Assembly: GCA_021463465.1 (NCBI GenBank)
Contig: JAJTYH010000003.1
Span: 275,549-339,548 of the forward strand
DNA: 64,000 nucleotides
Direction of reading: 5' to 3'
Source: a bacterium
GTDB taxonomy: Bacteria; Patescibacteriota; Dojkabacteria; SC72
The notes beneath the pieces are model-generated. The model saw only the letters and a program-made list of their open reading frames with translations. It searched no databases and was not told the origin of the DNA. A program made the translations under genes and the position numbers. Positions 1 through 10,849 of the stretch are shown piece by piece (position 1 is the stretch's first letter; every line of letters begins with the position of its first letter).

Positions 1-482
1 TCTATGAGGTTTTTCATGTCTTCAAGTGCGGCACTACTACCCCAATTGGCACCATGCATATTTGATGCTGCAAAAGCAAAACCTTGGGTAGTGAAAAACT
101 CACCGTAAGCTTGCATATCCTTCATGAAAGGGTCGCTGAAATCTTTGGTCACGGTAGTGTTTGAACCGTGAGAATAAAGAATTAAGCGTGGAGGAGCATC
201 CTTATCTATTGTTATTGGAAATGCTAAGTACGCTACTTGGCTCTTGATTGTAGGTCTTTTTTCAAAATATGAGGCCTCTGGTTTTGCTGGTTCTTCATCG
301 TACGTGAACAAACTTGTCACAGGCTCGGGTTCTGGTACCACTACGGCAGGAGGTTTAATGTTTGTAGTATTGTTAACTGGTTGATTTGCTGGTGGCTGAT
401 TTCGTTTGTAAACAGTATGGCTAAAAAGTGCAATTGAGATGAGAGATATAAGTATTAAGCATGTTAACAAGATTTCCTTCAT
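1..482 (-). CDS. Partial (runs off window) membrane-anchored alpha/beta-hydrolase-like protein
   Basis: Manually translated: MKEILLTCLILISLISIALF (TM), Pro-rich linker, then LILYSHGSN...GFAFAASNMHGANWGS; open to position 1. Not in the ORF track. Confidence 0.65.
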   Translation of the reverse strand, partial: MKEILLTCLILISLISIALFSHTVYKRNQPPANQPVNNTTNIKPPAVVVPEPEPVTSLFTYDEEPAKPEASYFEKRPTIKSQVAYLAFPITIDKDAPPRLILYSHGSNTTVTKDFSDPFMKDMQAYGEFFTTQGFAFAASNMHGANWGSSAALEDMKNLI

Positions 483-563
483 GAGTTCATTATACTGTTA
501 TTGACTTATACTATTCAATAATTTAAGCTGATACCACATTTAATAATTTTACATGATTCCATA

Positions 564-1418
564 ATGAAGGATAGAAAAAGTAAGGAGATGAGAGCTCAAT
601 CCCCCGTTCAGTCAACACTCTCAGCTAATAAGAGTGATTCTTTGGTGATTGATTTTGAGACAATGCTTGTACCAGGAGCTATATTGATTGCTGGATTGAT
701 GGTCTCGTTGGCAATTGTATTCTCATTCAGAGGTACAACTCTTCCAACTAATACGGGTACTAATACAGGAACAAACACTGGAACAAATACTGGCGCGGAG
801 ACCCCAACTACTGCGGATGATAATGACGGCAAGATTACTGAAGTGGGTTTGGACGATGATCCTTTCTTAGGAAATAAGAATAAGGCAAAAGTGGCTATTG
901 TTGAGTTCACGGATTTTGAGTGTCCATTCTGCAAGCGACACTTTGAAGAGGTATATCCTCAAATTAAAAAGAATTACATAGATACAGGTAAAATTGTATA
1001 TGTAACTCGTGATCTTCCACTCCCTATGCATGACCCAGGTGCAACTTACGATGCCTTAGCTGCACAGTGTATTTTTGATCAGAAGGGTAATGAGGCTTAT
1101 TACAAGTTCCATGACATAGTCTTTACTAAAACTGACGGTAACGGATCAACAATAACCAAAGCTAAGTTGAAAGAGTTTGCTAAAGAGGTCGGAGGGATCA
1201 ATTTGAGCAAGTTCAATAAGTGCTTGGATGATGAAACATTTAAGGATGAGATTGCAAAGGATACTCAGGCTGCCGCCCAGATCAAAATCACTGGTACACC
1301 AGGATTTGTGATTGGTAAGCTTTCTGATGATGGAAAGAGCGTCAAGGATGGTACCTTTTTAGGAGGTGCTTACCCTTATGAGAACTTTGTTGCAACCCTT
1401 GATTCATACTTGAAGTAA
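564..1418 (+). CDS. Membrane-anchored DsbA/BdbD-type thiol-disulfide oxidoreductase
   Basis: N-terminal TM; EFTDFECPFC (CxxC), RDLPL and GTPGF cis-Pro loop. Confidence 0.9.
   Translation: MKDRKSKEMRAQSPVQSTLSANKSDSLVIDFETMLVPGAILIAGLMVSLAIVFSFRGTTLPTNTGTNTGTNTGTNTGAETPTTADDNDGKITEVGLDDDPFLGNKNKAKVAIVEFTDFECPFCKRHFEEVYPQIKKNYIDTGKIVYVTRDLPLPMHDPGATYDALAAQCIFDQKGNEAYYKFHDIVFTKTDGNGSTITKAKLKEFAKEVGGINLSKFNKCLDDETFKDEIAKDTQAAAQIKITGTPGFVIGKLSDDGKSVKDGTFLGGAYPYENFVATLDSYLK
747..794 (+). repeat. Four 12-bp coding tandem repeats (TNTG x4) in the DsbA linker
   Basis: actaatacgggt actaatacagga acaaacactgga acaaatactggc. Confidence 0.85.
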
Positions 1419-1859
1419 ATGAGTAAGAATTGGATTGAAAAAAGTATGCTCCTACTAACGCTAGTAGGAGCACTTCTCTCTTTTTATCTTTTCTATACAG
1501 ATGTTTTCAATGTTCCTACAATATGTCCCAATGAAGGGTGTGCGGTAGTTGCTGCCAGCGAGTACTCTCGGTTTATTGGCGTTCATGTATCACTTTGGGG
1601 ATTGTTATACTACATGGTTTTAGCTCTTTTATTTATTTTCAAAGATAATTTTGAATTGCTTGCTCGAAACTTCAACAAAGTTGTGGGATTATTTTTGGGA
1701 GTTGGAATTCTCTTTACCCTTTATCTACGACTAGTTGAGTTTTTTATAATTAAGGCTATTTGCATTTGGTGCTGGGGATCAGTTGTAATTGTGATATCAT
1801 TGACTGTCCTATACTTCTTATATATTCGGCCAAATGAACAAGCTCCAGCAGCAAACTAA
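1419..1859 (+). CDS. Vitamin K epoxide reductase (VKOR) family protein, DsbB analogue
   Basis: Four TM helices, loop Cys pair (CPNEGC), SEYS.F.G motif, CIWC active site; abuts the DsbA gene. Confidence 0.9.
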   Translation: MSKNWIEKSMLLLTLVGALLSFYLFYTDVFNVPTICPNEGCAVVAASEYSRFIGVHVSLWGLLYYMVLALLFIFKDNFELLARNFNKVVGLFLGVGILFTLYLRLVEFFIIKAICIWCWGSVVIVISLTVLYFLYIRPNEQAPAAN

Positions 1860-3864
1860 TCTTCCTCTTTTTGAATTTATTTGGGTGTATTTGGGGTTAC
1901 TTACCCTTATTAGTGTTGGCTTGCTTACTGCTAAGATTTTCACCCCTCTTTTGTCTCTTATTATTACTACTTTACTAACCGCTCTTCTTTTTTGGAAGTT
2001 CCAGATTAAGGTTGAGCTTAAAGATTTGAGGTTTGACAAGTATATCCTGCTTATTTTGCTCTTCGCTGTGGTTGTAAGGTTTGGTCCATGGATTTATTTA
2101 GAAGGAGGGCAAGATCAGGGCGTGTATGTCATGATGTCGCAACAGTTTGAACGGTCTGGTAGTTTGCGTTTTGAAGATAATTTGATTGATGATTTGAGTT
2201 CCGATTTGAAGAGCCAGTATCTTTCTGAACGTGGGTGGTTCTCATTAGGTTTTAACCTTGATAAGGTTAGTGGAGAATTGCATACCAACTTCTATCCTGC
2301 ACATCCCGCTTTGATGTCGGTAGCTGGTTTCCTTTTCGGAGATGAAAATCGCGTGGTTACACTAACTTTGTTCGGATTATTGTCGATTATCGCTGGATAT
2401 CTATTAGCTTACGAAATAACGGGTAAAAGGCTTGCTGGGTATATTACAGCTTTGTTTTTAGCTACATCTCCTTTACACATCTATTTCTCGAAGTTCCCAA
2501 CAACTGAAATAATGGCTTTGGCCATAACATTATCTACATTGTATTTCATATACAAGGCATACAAGGATAAGACATACGTCTATCTATGGATTTCCTTGCT
2601 TCTGATTAATCTCTTCCTCTACACCCGTTTAACCTGGGTAATTGCCTTGCCATTCTATCTAGTTTTGATTTTATGTGTTCTGACTTTTGAAAAAGATAAG
2701 GAAAAGTACAAACAGTGGGGTGTTTGGGGGGTAGGTATTCTTTTGTCGTTTCTAGTATCGACTCTATTCTACTACTTCAATATCAAGTTCCTCTATACAC
2801 ACTTCTATTCGGATATTTTCAAATTTATACCCGATTGGCTATTTTATTCATTACTCTTTGCTTCGCCTTTGGTTCTTTATCTACTTTCAACCCGTTATCA
2901 AGCATTAACTTCTAAAGTACTCAAATGGGTGTTTGAAAAAAGAATGGTTTGGTTAGTTACGGTATTGATTTTGATTTTAGGTTTCAGTGCTAAGCACTTC
3001 TACGACATGGTATTTACTGATCGATTTTTGGGAACTCGATTCGACTATTTCTGGGGGATGGCCAGAGGGGGTTGGGTTACTCTAAAAGATATGGCTCTAT
3101 CAAGTGTAGTGATATATCTCACACCCTTCGGGATTTTAGCTTACTTGCTTAGTCTGAAAAGCACAAATAATCCTCATAAGCTACTGCTGACTTTGTTCAT
3201 GCTGCTTTATCTGGGCTTTAACATAGTGATTGTAAGGTATATCCCGTACCACTACTATTATGCGAGATATCAGCTATCCGAAATAATTCCGCTACTTTAC
3301 GTTTTAATCTCGATGTATCTAGTTACATTACTTCCACTCAAAAAGTGGCTTTTTTACCTTTTACTAATTCCAATGTTAGCTTACAACATAATATATATTC
3401 CATTCCTTACTCAAGGTCCTGTGGGTATTACTCCCAGAATTTTCAATGAAATAGAGGAGCGAGTGGGAGAGGACTCCATACTCATATATTACAATCCTAC
3501 AGAGTGGGCTGATAATTTCTTCTTTGCACCTTTGAAGTATTACTACGATTTCAAAAGTGTAAATGTAGAGAATCTGGAAAGCGCAATAAAATATGCTCAG
3601 TATTTTGAAAATCAGGGTAGGCAGGTATTTGTACTCTCGACAGTAGTATTGAATGATTCGAGATTCCTTTCAACTGAAACCCTTAATTTCCAGAAGGGTT
3701 TTTATGCTAATTCCTTGGAGAATAATCAGCCAATGCACTACATCATAAATGATTGGCAAATTCCTTATTGCAAGTATTTTATACCTGAGAAGTTCTGTTC
3801 TGGAGCTATACCAATTAAGTACCATAAGGCGAGTTTGGATATTTACCTGTATAATTACAAATAA
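1834..3864 (+). CDS. Polytopic GT-C-fold (PMT/ArnT-like) glycosyltransferase
   Basis: Many TM helices; GQDQGVY acidic first loop, FYPAHP, SKFPTTE. Confidence 0.65.
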   Translation: MNKLQQQTNLPLFEFIWVYLGLLTLISVGLLTAKIFTPLLSLIITTLLTALLFWKFQIKVELKDLRFDKYILLILLFAVVVRFGPWIYLEGGQDQGVYVMMSQQFERSGSLRFEDNLIDDLSSDLKSQYLSERGWFSLGFNLDKVSGELHTNFYPAHPALMSVAGFLFGDENRVVTLTLFGLLSIIAGYLLAYEITGKRLAGYITALFLATSPLHIYFSKFPTTEIMALAITLSTLYFIYKAYKDKTYVYLWISLLLINLFLYTRLTWVIALPFYLVLILCVLTFEKDKEKYKQWGVWGVGILLSFLVSTLFYYFNIKFLYTHFYSDIFKFIPDWLFYSLLFASPLVLYLLSTRYQALTSKVLKWVFEKRMVWLVTVLILILGFSAKHFYDMVFTDRFLGTRFDYFWGMARGGWVTLKDMALSSVVIYLTPFGILAYLLSLKSTNNPHKLLLTLFMLLYLGFNIVIVRYIPYHYYYARYQLSEIIPLLYVLISMYLVTLLPLKKWLFYLLLIPMLAYNIIYIPFLTQGPVGITPRIFNEIEERVGEDSILIYYNPTEWADNFFFAPLKYYYDFKSVNVENLESAIKYAQYFENQGRQVFVLSTVVLNDSRFLSTETLNFQKGFYANSLENNQPMHYIINDWQIPYCKYFIPEKFCSGAIPIKYHKASLDIYLYNYK

Positions 3865-3887
3865 ACTTAGTTAAAACAGTCATAATA

Positions 3888-4865
3888 ATGAAATTAATTG
3901 TTATCTCCTCCTGCCATAACGAAGAAAAAACTATAGGCGAGGTACTTGATAGAGTACCAAAAAAGATTCCTGGGATAACTAGTATTGATAAGGTAGTTGT
4001 TGATGATGGTAGTACTGATAATACAGTTGAAGTTGCTCGGAAACATGGAGCCACTGTCATTCAAAATGGACAACGTAAAAGGGTAGCATATTGTTTTCAG
4101 GTAGCCGTCGAATATGCCTTAGAACACGGTGCCGATATTGCCGTAAATATTGATGGGGATAATCAATTTGATGCTACCGAAATTCCTTTGCTTGTAGAAC
4201 CGATTCTAAAAGGGGAAGCTGATTTTGCGGCTGCAGATAGGTTCACTGATGCAAAAACCGGAAAATTTAGACGTTTGGAGAACATGCCTGTTTCCAAATA
4301 CATTGGCAATCTCTTAGGAGCTTGGATTGTTGGCAAAATGAGTGGACAGAAATTTGCAGATGTTACGTGTGGTTTTCGTGCTTATAATCGAAAGGCACTC
4401 CTTCATATCAATATAAATAACAAATTTACTTATACTCAAGAGACTTTTCAGGTAATGGCTGCAAAGAATCTTAATATCAAGAGTATTCCAGTCACTGTTA
4501 GATATTTCCAGGGCAGAAAGTCTCGAGTCGTTGAGAATATTCCTGTTTATGTTTTCAAATCCGCACTTAATATTATGAAAGCATTCAGAGATTACTCTCC
4601 TTTTAAATTTTTCGGATGGTTAGGTGCAGTACCTTTTGTTCCCGGTTTTTTCTGTTTACTGTTTGTAGGAATTCACTACATAAATACCCAAAGCTTCAGT
4701 CCTTACAAATTTGTTGGAGGTATAGGTGTGTATTTAGTGAGTTTAGGACTACTTTCATGGTTGATTGGTGCATTCGCCGATATATTAAACCGGGTCTTAC
4801 ATAATCAAGAGAAGATAATGTACTACGCTAAGTCAATTTACTTTGATAAAAAGCGAAAGGAGTAA
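3888..4865 (+). CDS. GT2 polyprenol-phosphate glycosyltransferase (DPM1/GtrB-like)
   Basis: HNEE, VVDDGSTD, IDGDNQFD, DVTCGFRAY; two C-terminal TMs. Confidence 0.85.
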   Translation: MKLIVISSCHNEEKTIGEVLDRVPKKIPGITSIDKVVVDDGSTDNTVEVARKHGATVIQNGQRKRVAYCFQVAVEYALEHGADIAVNIDGDNQFDATEIPLLVEPILKGEADFAAADRFTDAKTGKFRRLENMPVSKYIGNLLGAWIVGKMSGQKFADVTCGFRAYNRKALLHININNKFTYTQETFQVMAAKNLNIKSIPVTVRYFQGRKSRVVENIPVYVFKSALNIMKAFRDYSPFKFFGWLGAVPFVPGFFCLLFVGIHYINTQSFSPYKFVGGIGVYLVSLGLLSWLIGAFADILNRVLHNQEKIMYYAKSIYFDKKRKE

Positions 4866-4867
4866 GG

Positions 4868-5941
4868 ATGAGAGTTCTCTTCTTTATTGTTCATCCTGCT
4901 AAGTTCTGGTTATTTCGTTACGTCACCTTGGGTCTTCGCAAGCTTGGACATACTGTAGATTGGGCAATTGTAGATAAAGATGTCCTAGTGGAATTATTGG
5001 AACGTGAGGGTTGGGAGTACACCAATATATTTCCTGAAGGTAGAAGGTCTAAGAAACTTCCAAAAGTGGTTTCTCTTTTTGTATACACTTGGAAGACACT
5101 TGTACGTTGTTTCAAATTACTCAAAGGAAAGAAATATGATTTAGTGATTTCGGGAGATATCATTACCTTTGTTGCTTGGCTTAAAGGGATTAAATCAGTA
5201 GTTCCAATTGATGATGGTTTTGATATTGTGCCTGAATATTCGGTGAGCTGGGCTTTTGCGAATAAATTAGTGTCACCGCAAGGTACTGATTTAGGGCCTT
5301 TCAATTATAAACGTCTTGCATATACCTCAAATCATGAATGGGCATATCTTAATCCCAAATATTTTAAACCAAATTCCAAAATCGTAAAAAAGTTTAATCC
5401 AACTCTAGAGCGGTATTTCATTATAAGACTAGTCTCTCTGACAGCATCACATGATGGAGGGAAAAGAGGACTTAGTGACGAGCAAGTAGATTCTTTAATT
5501 GAGTTATTAAGTCAACACGGCAAGGTATTTATTAATGCAGAGAAGGGGCGAGACTTGCGTGATAGCCTTAAACAGTACTTGATTAATGTGAGTCCTTACG
5601 ATATGCACCATGCAATGTATTATAGTGATTTGTTTATCGGGGATAGCCAGACAATGGCATCCGAAGGCGGGCTGATGGGAGTTCCCACTTTTAGATGTAA
5701 TGATTTTGTAGGGAAAGTCCCTTACTTGCAAGAAGAGGAAGATTACGGTCTTATTTTCAACTATAAACCCGAAGAGTTCGAATCTATGTATCAAAAAATT
5801 AAGCAAGTATTGAAGATGAAAGATGCAAAGAAAGTATGGAAAGAAAGAGTTGAAGCATTTGCTAAATACCATATCGATACTACTCAGTTTTATATTGATT
5901 TGATACAAAAGTATGACAAAAAAGGTCAGTCTAAAAAGTAA
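4868..5941 (+). CDS. DUF354 family GT-B-like protein
   Basis: FIVHPAKFWLF N-terminus, HEWAYL.P, IGDSQTMASEGGLMGVP. Confidence 0.75.
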   Translation: MRVLFFIVHPAKFWLFRYVTLGLRKLGHTVDWAIVDKDVLVELLEREGWEYTNIFPEGRRSKKLPKVVSLFVYTWKTLVRCFKLLKGKKYDLVISGDIITFVAWLKGIKSVVPIDDGFDIVPEYSVSWAFANKLVSPQGTDLGPFNYKRLAYTSNHEWAYLNPKYFKPNSKIVKKFNPTLERYFIIRLVSLTASHDGGKRGLSDEQVDSLIELLSQHGKVFINAEKGRDLRDSLKQYLINVSPYDMHHAMYYSDLFIGDSQTMASEGGLMGVPTFRCNDFVGKVPYLQEEEDYGLIFNYKPEEFESMYQKIKQVLKMKDAKKVWKERVEAFAKYHIDTTQFYIDLIQKYDKKGQSKK

Positions 5942-7100
5942 AAACATCCTTTATGTTACTCACAGCTATAATAACTTCATTAAGTTTCAGGTTGAAATTC
6001 TGGCCAAACAGTTCAAGCATGTTTACGTGCTGGTTCGACATAAACCTATCACTGCTCTGTCGAAGGTTTTTAAAATACCGGAATTGAAGTTTCACTCGAA
6101 AGAATACAAGATTGATGTAAGAGATACTCCTACAAACATTACTGTTATACCTGTACCCTTGTGGTATCTTCCCTTTGATTGGTTTTACAGAAGGTTGGGC
6201 AAATGGCATTTAAAAGGCGTTTTAAAAATCATTCGAAAGTTAAATATCGAATTTGATTTAGTGCATGCTCATATGTTGTGGAGTGCAGGTTTTGTAGGTA
6301 TGCAGTTGGCAAAGCAATATAATGTACCTTTTATTGTTACTGGACACGGCAGCGATGTATATGTGAAGCCTTTTATTGATAAGTGGTGGAGGCGGAGCAT
6401 TACGGATGTTTTGAAAAGTGCTGATGAAATCATTACTGTAAGTCAAAATAACCTGAGAGTTATTAAGGAATTAGGAATTAAACAGAAAGTTCATGTCATA
6501 CCTAACGGTTTTGATACGCATAAATACAAGAATGTTGATAAATCTAAATTGAGAAAAACCCTGGGTTTGCCTGTTAAGAAGGAAGTCTTTCTAACCGTTG
6601 CTAACCTTGAAAAGGTTAAGGGCCATGAGGTTTTACTTGATTCGATTAGATTATTGGGAAATAGGTCTAAGAAGTTATTGTTTGTTTGGGTAGGTGGTGG
6701 GACGTTGTTTACCAAACTAAAACAACAAATCAAAAACAAACAACTCGAAGATTTAGTTGTAATGACTGATTTCAAACAGCATGAGGATGTCGTGAAATAT
6801 GAGCTAGCTGCTGATTACTTTGTGTTACCAAGTTATAACGAGGGTGTGCCCACTGTTATGTTTGAGGCTTTGGCTGCCGGAACTCCTTTCATTTCAACCA
6901 AGGTTGGAGGTATTCCTGAAATTGCTCGAGATTTTACGGGAATTTTGATTGAGCCAGGAAACTCGCTTGCGCTTAAAGAGGCGATTGTTAAGGCTTTAGA
7001 AATGAAATGGAGTAGAGCTAAAATTCAGTCATATTCAAAAGAATTTACATGGGAGAATATTTGCAAGAAAATTGCCAGTATTTACAAGAAATTATGCTAA
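5913..7100 (+). CDS. GT4 glycosyltransferase
   Basis: HAH, TGHGSD, IPNG, KGH, LPSYNEGVPTVMFEALAAG. Confidence 0.9.
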   Translation: MTKKVSLKSKNILYVTHSYNNFIKFQVEILAKQFKHVYVLVRHKPITALSKVFKIPELKFHSKEYKIDVRDTPTNITVIPVPLWYLPFDWFYRRLGKWHLKGVLKIIRKLNIEFDLVHAHMLWSAGFVGMQLAKQYNVPFIVTGHGSDVYVKPFIDKWWRRSITDVLKSADEIITVSQNNLRVIKELGIKQKVHVIPNGFDTHKYKNVDKSKLRKTLGLPVKKEVFLTVANLEKVKGHEVLLDSIRLLGNRSKKLLFVWVGGGTLFTKLKQQIKNKQLEDLVVMTDFKQHEDVVKYELAADYFVLPSYNEGVPTVMFEALAAGTPFISTKVGGIPEIARDFTGILIEPGNSLALKEAIVKALEMKWSRAKIQSYSKEFTWENICKKIASIYKKLC

Positions 7101-7112
7101 AATGACCAAGAT

Positions 7113-7925
7113 ATGAAGGTAACTGTAATCAAACCAAAAAGGTCGATATTCCACATTAATTGGCAAGAACTTTGGGAATATCGCGAATTGTTTGTAGTAC
7201 TTGCGCTAAAAGAATTCCAAATTCGATATAAACAAACAGTTATAGGTGTACTTTGGGCTTTGATTAGGCCTTTGCTTACTATGGTTGTCTTTACCTTTCT
7301 TTTCGGCCAGATAGCCAAACTACCATCTCAAGGTGTACCTTACCCAGTCTTTTCTTATGCTGGTATCCTACTATGGTCGTTTTTCTCAACTGCAATTACT
7401 CAAGCTTCCAGTAGTATGACTAACAATTCGAAGTTGATTACCAAGATTTATTTCCCAAGGATTATTATTCCAGCATCTACTACAATTGTGTCGTTGATCG
7501 ATTATCTGATAGCTTTTGGTATTATTTTCGGCTTGGCTAAATACTTTGATGTCCCGATTACAAGTAGCGTGATTTATATCATCCCTGCGCTGTTTGGAAC
7601 GTGGCTGCTTAGTTTAGGAGTTAGCTTCATATTTGCCGCATCGAATGTTAAATACCGCGATATACAGTATGCCTTGCCGTTCATAATTCAGATGCTTATG
7701 TACGCGACTCCGGTTATCTATCCTGTGACTTTTGCTGGTAAGTATGACTGGATTTTGAAGCTTAATCCCATGAGTGGTCTAATTGAGATGCACCGCGCTG
7801 CTATTTTGGGGCTTCCGATTGATTGGCCACTTTATGCGCTTTCAATGGGAGTAACTTTGGTTGTATTTCTTGGTGGATATTTCTACTTTAAGAGTGTTGA
7901 ACGCTATTTTGCTGACCTTATATAG
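7113..7925 (+). CDS. wzm: ABC-2 polysaccharide exporter permease (Wzm)
   Basis: RYKQTVIGVLWALIRP, LITKIYFPR, YRD, TPVIYP, LNPM. Confidence 0.9.
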   Translation: MKVTVIKPKRSIFHINWQELWEYRELFVVLALKEFQIRYKQTVIGVLWALIRPLLTMVVFTFLFGQIAKLPSQGVPYPVFSYAGILLWSFFSTAITQASSSMTNNSKLITKIYFPRIIIPASTTIVSLIDYLIAFGIIFGLAKYFDVPITSSVIYIIPALFGTWLLSLGVSFIFAASNVKYRDIQYALPFIIQMLMYATPVIYPVTFAGKYDWILKLNPMSGLIEMHRAAILGLPIDWPLYALSMGVTLVVFLGGYFYFKSVERYFADLI

Positions 7926-7927
7926 AT

Positions 7928-9184
7928 ATGGAGACAATCGTAAAGATTGAAAATTTGGGTAAGGAGTACGTAATAGCTGAGAAAAGCCGTTACTTAGCGC
8001 TACGTGATACTTTTGTGAAAGTACTCAAACTACCTGTTAATTTGCTGAAAGGTAAGAAGTTTAGGAAGAAAGAGAAGTTTTGGGCTCTAAGAGATGTGAA
8101 CTTAGAAGTTAAAAAGGGCGAAGTTATTGGTATAATCGGACGCAATGGTGCTGGTAAGAGTACATTGCTTAAAATCCTTTCTCGTATAACTGATCCTACT
8201 GAAGGCAAGATTACCTATCAAGGAAGTGTTGCCTCTTTATTGGAAGTTGGCACAGGTTTCCACCCTGAACTAACCGGGAGGGAGAATGTTTTCCTAAACG
8301 GTTCAATACTAGGCATGTCTCAGAAAGAGATCTCTAAGAAATTCAATCAGATTTTGGAATTTGCGGGAGTAGAGGATTTTATTGATATGCCAGTAAAGCG
8401 ATACTCTTCTGGTATGCAAGTACGCCTAGCATTTTCGGTGGCAGCTCATTTGGAAGCAGACATCATGATTATTGATGAAGTGCTTGCTGTCGGAGATGCT
8501 GAGTTTCAACGTAAGTGTTTGGGTAAGATGGATGAAGTGACCCGAACCAGTGGACGTACGATTTTCTTTGTGAGTCATGACATGGGAGCCATTAGACGAA
8601 TCTGCACTAGAGCTGTAGTGCTTTCAAATGGTAAGGTAGTTAAAGATGGTAATGTTGAAGAAGCAATCTCTTACTATCTAGACGATGTAAGAAGTATTTC
8701 CCAAAAGAACCTTAAGAATCGTGAAGATAGAAGAGGCAAGGGGAATGTACGCTTTACGGGGTTGCATTTGGAAAATGATGAGTGTAAATCTATGGCGAAT
8801 GCGATTTCAGGTGAACCCGTGAATATAGTATTAGAATATGAATCTCAAAAGAATTACTCCCTGAAGAACTGCAGGGTCTCGATTGTTTTTTCGGACAAAA
8901 TTGGACAAGAACTCTTCAAGTGTTGCACTAGTGTGACTCATGATGGCAATCTTGAACTTCCATCCTCAGGAAAGGTTAAATGTCGAATTGACCGATTACC
9001 ATTTGGTAGGGGAGACTATCTTATGAAAATCTTCTTTGAAGTAAATGGCGTAGTTGAGGATGAAGTTGATGGAGGTGGATTGTTAGAGGTTCTATCTGGG
9101 AAGTTTTATGAGACTGGGAAAGGTTCTCCACAAGGTTGGGATGGTAAAGGGGTATTAGTCGATCACAGTTGGAAAACAAATTAA
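7928..9184 (+). CDS. wzt: Polysaccharide ABC exporter ATPase (Wzt) with C-terminal carbohydrate-binding domain
   Basis: GRNGAGKST, GFHPELTGREN, YSSGMQVRLAF, DEVLAVGD; C-terminal extension of about 160 aa. Confidence 0.92.
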   Translation: METIVKIENLGKEYVIAEKSRYLALRDTFVKVLKLPVNLLKGKKFRKKEKFWALRDVNLEVKKGEVIGIIGRNGAGKSTLLKILSRITDPTEGKITYQGSVASLLEVGTGFHPELTGRENVFLNGSILGMSQKEISKKFNQILEFAGVEDFIDMPVKRYSSGMQVRLAFSVAAHLEADIMIIDEVLAVGDAEFQRKCLGKMDEVTRTSGRTIFFVSHDMGAIRRICTRAVVLSNGKVVKDGNVEEAISYYLDDVRSISQKNLKNREDRRGKGNVRFTGLHLENDECKSMANAISGEPVNIVLEYESQKNYSLKNCRVSIVFSDKIGQELFKCCTSVTHDGNLELPSSGKVKCRIDRLPFGRGDYLMKIFFEVNGVVEDEVDGGGLLEVLSGKFYETGKGSPQGWDGKGVLVDHSWKTN

Positions 9185-10077
9185 ATCGAATCAGTATGTC
9201 TGTTAAAACCTCAAAGCATCCAAGAGTTTATGCCTTAATGTCAGTCAAAGATGCTAAACATGTAACTTTGGAATGTATTAAGGCTTTGAAGGGCCAAACC
9301 TATCCAAATATCCAAATTGTATTGGTTGATGATGGCTTAACTGATGGATTGGAAGAGGAATTGAAGGAGAAACACTCTGAAGTACAAATTATCAAGGGTA
9401 ATGGTAATCTTTGGTTTGGTGGTGCAATGCGATTAGGACTGTCGGAAATCCTTAAGGTAGCTAAGAAACAAGAATTTGTTCTCTTTTTGAATAATGACAC
9501 ACACTTTGACTTGAATTTCGTGACGACGCTTGTGTCCGAGTCGGAGCAATACGGGAGGATAACCATAGGTTCCACAGGTCGCTCCTTTAAGACCAAACAA
9601 GTACTATACAATACGCATCAATTTAAACTTGGAATGATGGTGCCAAGAAAGGTTGAAGTGAACGAAGGGGAAGTTAACTTCAATACGCAATGTCTTCAAA
9701 CACGAGGGACGTTGGTACCTATTGAAGTAGTTTGGAAGGTTGGTAATTTCTCAAAACTCTTCCCTCATTACAGTGCTGATTACGATTATTTTTTTAGAGT
9801 TGTTAAAGCTGGTTTCAAAGTAGGGGTGAGTACCAAGGCTTCAACTTATGTGTTGGATGATGATTTCAAATTTGTAGCCAAGACTCTTGCTAAACCGGCA
9901 ATTTCTCTCCGGGAGTATTTCAAACTTTTCTTTCACCGCCGATCGTATATGAATCTATACTCAAGGCCTCTAGCAGTGATTCTACATACTGTGCCGTTCT
10001 ATATGAAAGTCTTTGCCTTGATTAGAATCTACGTCTATACCATTTACATATTTTTTAAGAAAGTCAGGAGTATTTAA
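9169..10077 (+). CDS. GT2 glycosyltransferase (start may be ATG 9196)
   Basis: LVDDG, GNGNLWFGG, LFLNND, HYSADYDY. Confidence 0.85.
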   Translation: MENKLNRISMSVKTSKHPRVYALMSVKDAKHVTLECIKALKGQTYPNIQIVLVDDGLTDGLEEELKEKHSEVQIIKGNGNLWFGGAMRLGLSEILKVAKKQEFVLFLNNDTHFDLNFVTTLVSESEQYGRITIGSTGRSFKTKQVLYNTHQFKLGMMVPRKVEVNEGEVNFNTQCLQTRGTLVPIEVVWKVGNFSKLFPHYSADYDYFFRVVKAGFKVGVSTKASTYVLDDDFKFVAKTLAKPAISLREYFKLFFHRRSYMNLYSRPLAVILHTVPFYMKVFALIRIYVYTIYIFFKKVRSI

Positions 10078-10108
10078 CTTTGAATTTTTAGGTGCTAACA
10101 TTAAAGAT

Positions 10109-10849
10109 ATGAATATTAAACCACTTGCCAGCTATATCTTTTGGAAATTGAAATACAGTCATAAATTACTGAAGTATCATGGAATCCACAAAGGAAAGTC
10201 TTGCTTTATCATTGGCAATGGACCTTCGCTCAACAAAATGGATCTATCGAAACTTCAAGCCCATTATACTTTTGGGCTTAACAAAATATATTTGATGGAG
10301 CAAAAGGTTAAGCTCAACCTTTCGTATTTGGTGAGTGTGAATGATTTGGTCATCGAGCAGAGTGTGAATGAGTTTGAGGGCATGAAAATTCCTACATTCT
10401 TATCGTATCGTCCTGCCTCTAAAATTAATTTCCGGAATCCCAATATTGAATATATATATACTGGGGCAAAGAAACCTTTTCAAAAAAACATAATGGGTAA
10501 AATTCGCGAAGGTGCGACGGTTACTTATGTTGCTATGCAAATTGCATACTGGATGGGCTTTGAGAAAGTCATTTTAATTGGTGTTGACCATAGCTTCAAG
10601 GCAGAGGGTAAACCTCATGAGAAGCAGGTTATGAAAGGAAATGACATTAACCATTTCGATCCTAACTATTTCAAAGGTCAGATGTGGGGATTGCCTGATT
10701 TGGAAACGTCCGAAATATATTACAATGTAGCTAAGCAGGTGTATGCTGAGAATGGTCGTGAAATCCTGGATGCCACCGTAGAAGGTAAGTTAGAAGTGTA
10801 TCCCAAAATTACTTTTGAAGATGCTCTTAAGCAAGCTTCATTAAAATAG
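10109..10849 (+). CDS. DUF115 / MptE-like (motility-associated factor glycosyltransferase-type) protein
   Basis: CFIIGNGPSL, TVTYVAMQIAYWMGF..VILIGVDH, NHFDPNYF. Confidence 0.8.
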   Translation: MNIKPLASYIFWKLKYSHKLLKYHGIHKGKSCFIIGNGPSLNKMDLSKLQAHYTFGLNKIYLMEQKVKLNLSYLVSVNDLVIEQSVNEFEGMKIPTFLSYRPASKINFRNPNIEYIYTGAKKPFQKNIMGKIREGATVTYVAMQIAYWMGFEKVILIGVDHSFKAEGKPHEKQVMKGNDINHFDPNYFKGQMWGLPDLETSEIYYNVAKQVYAENGREILDATVEGKLEVYPKITFEDALKQASLK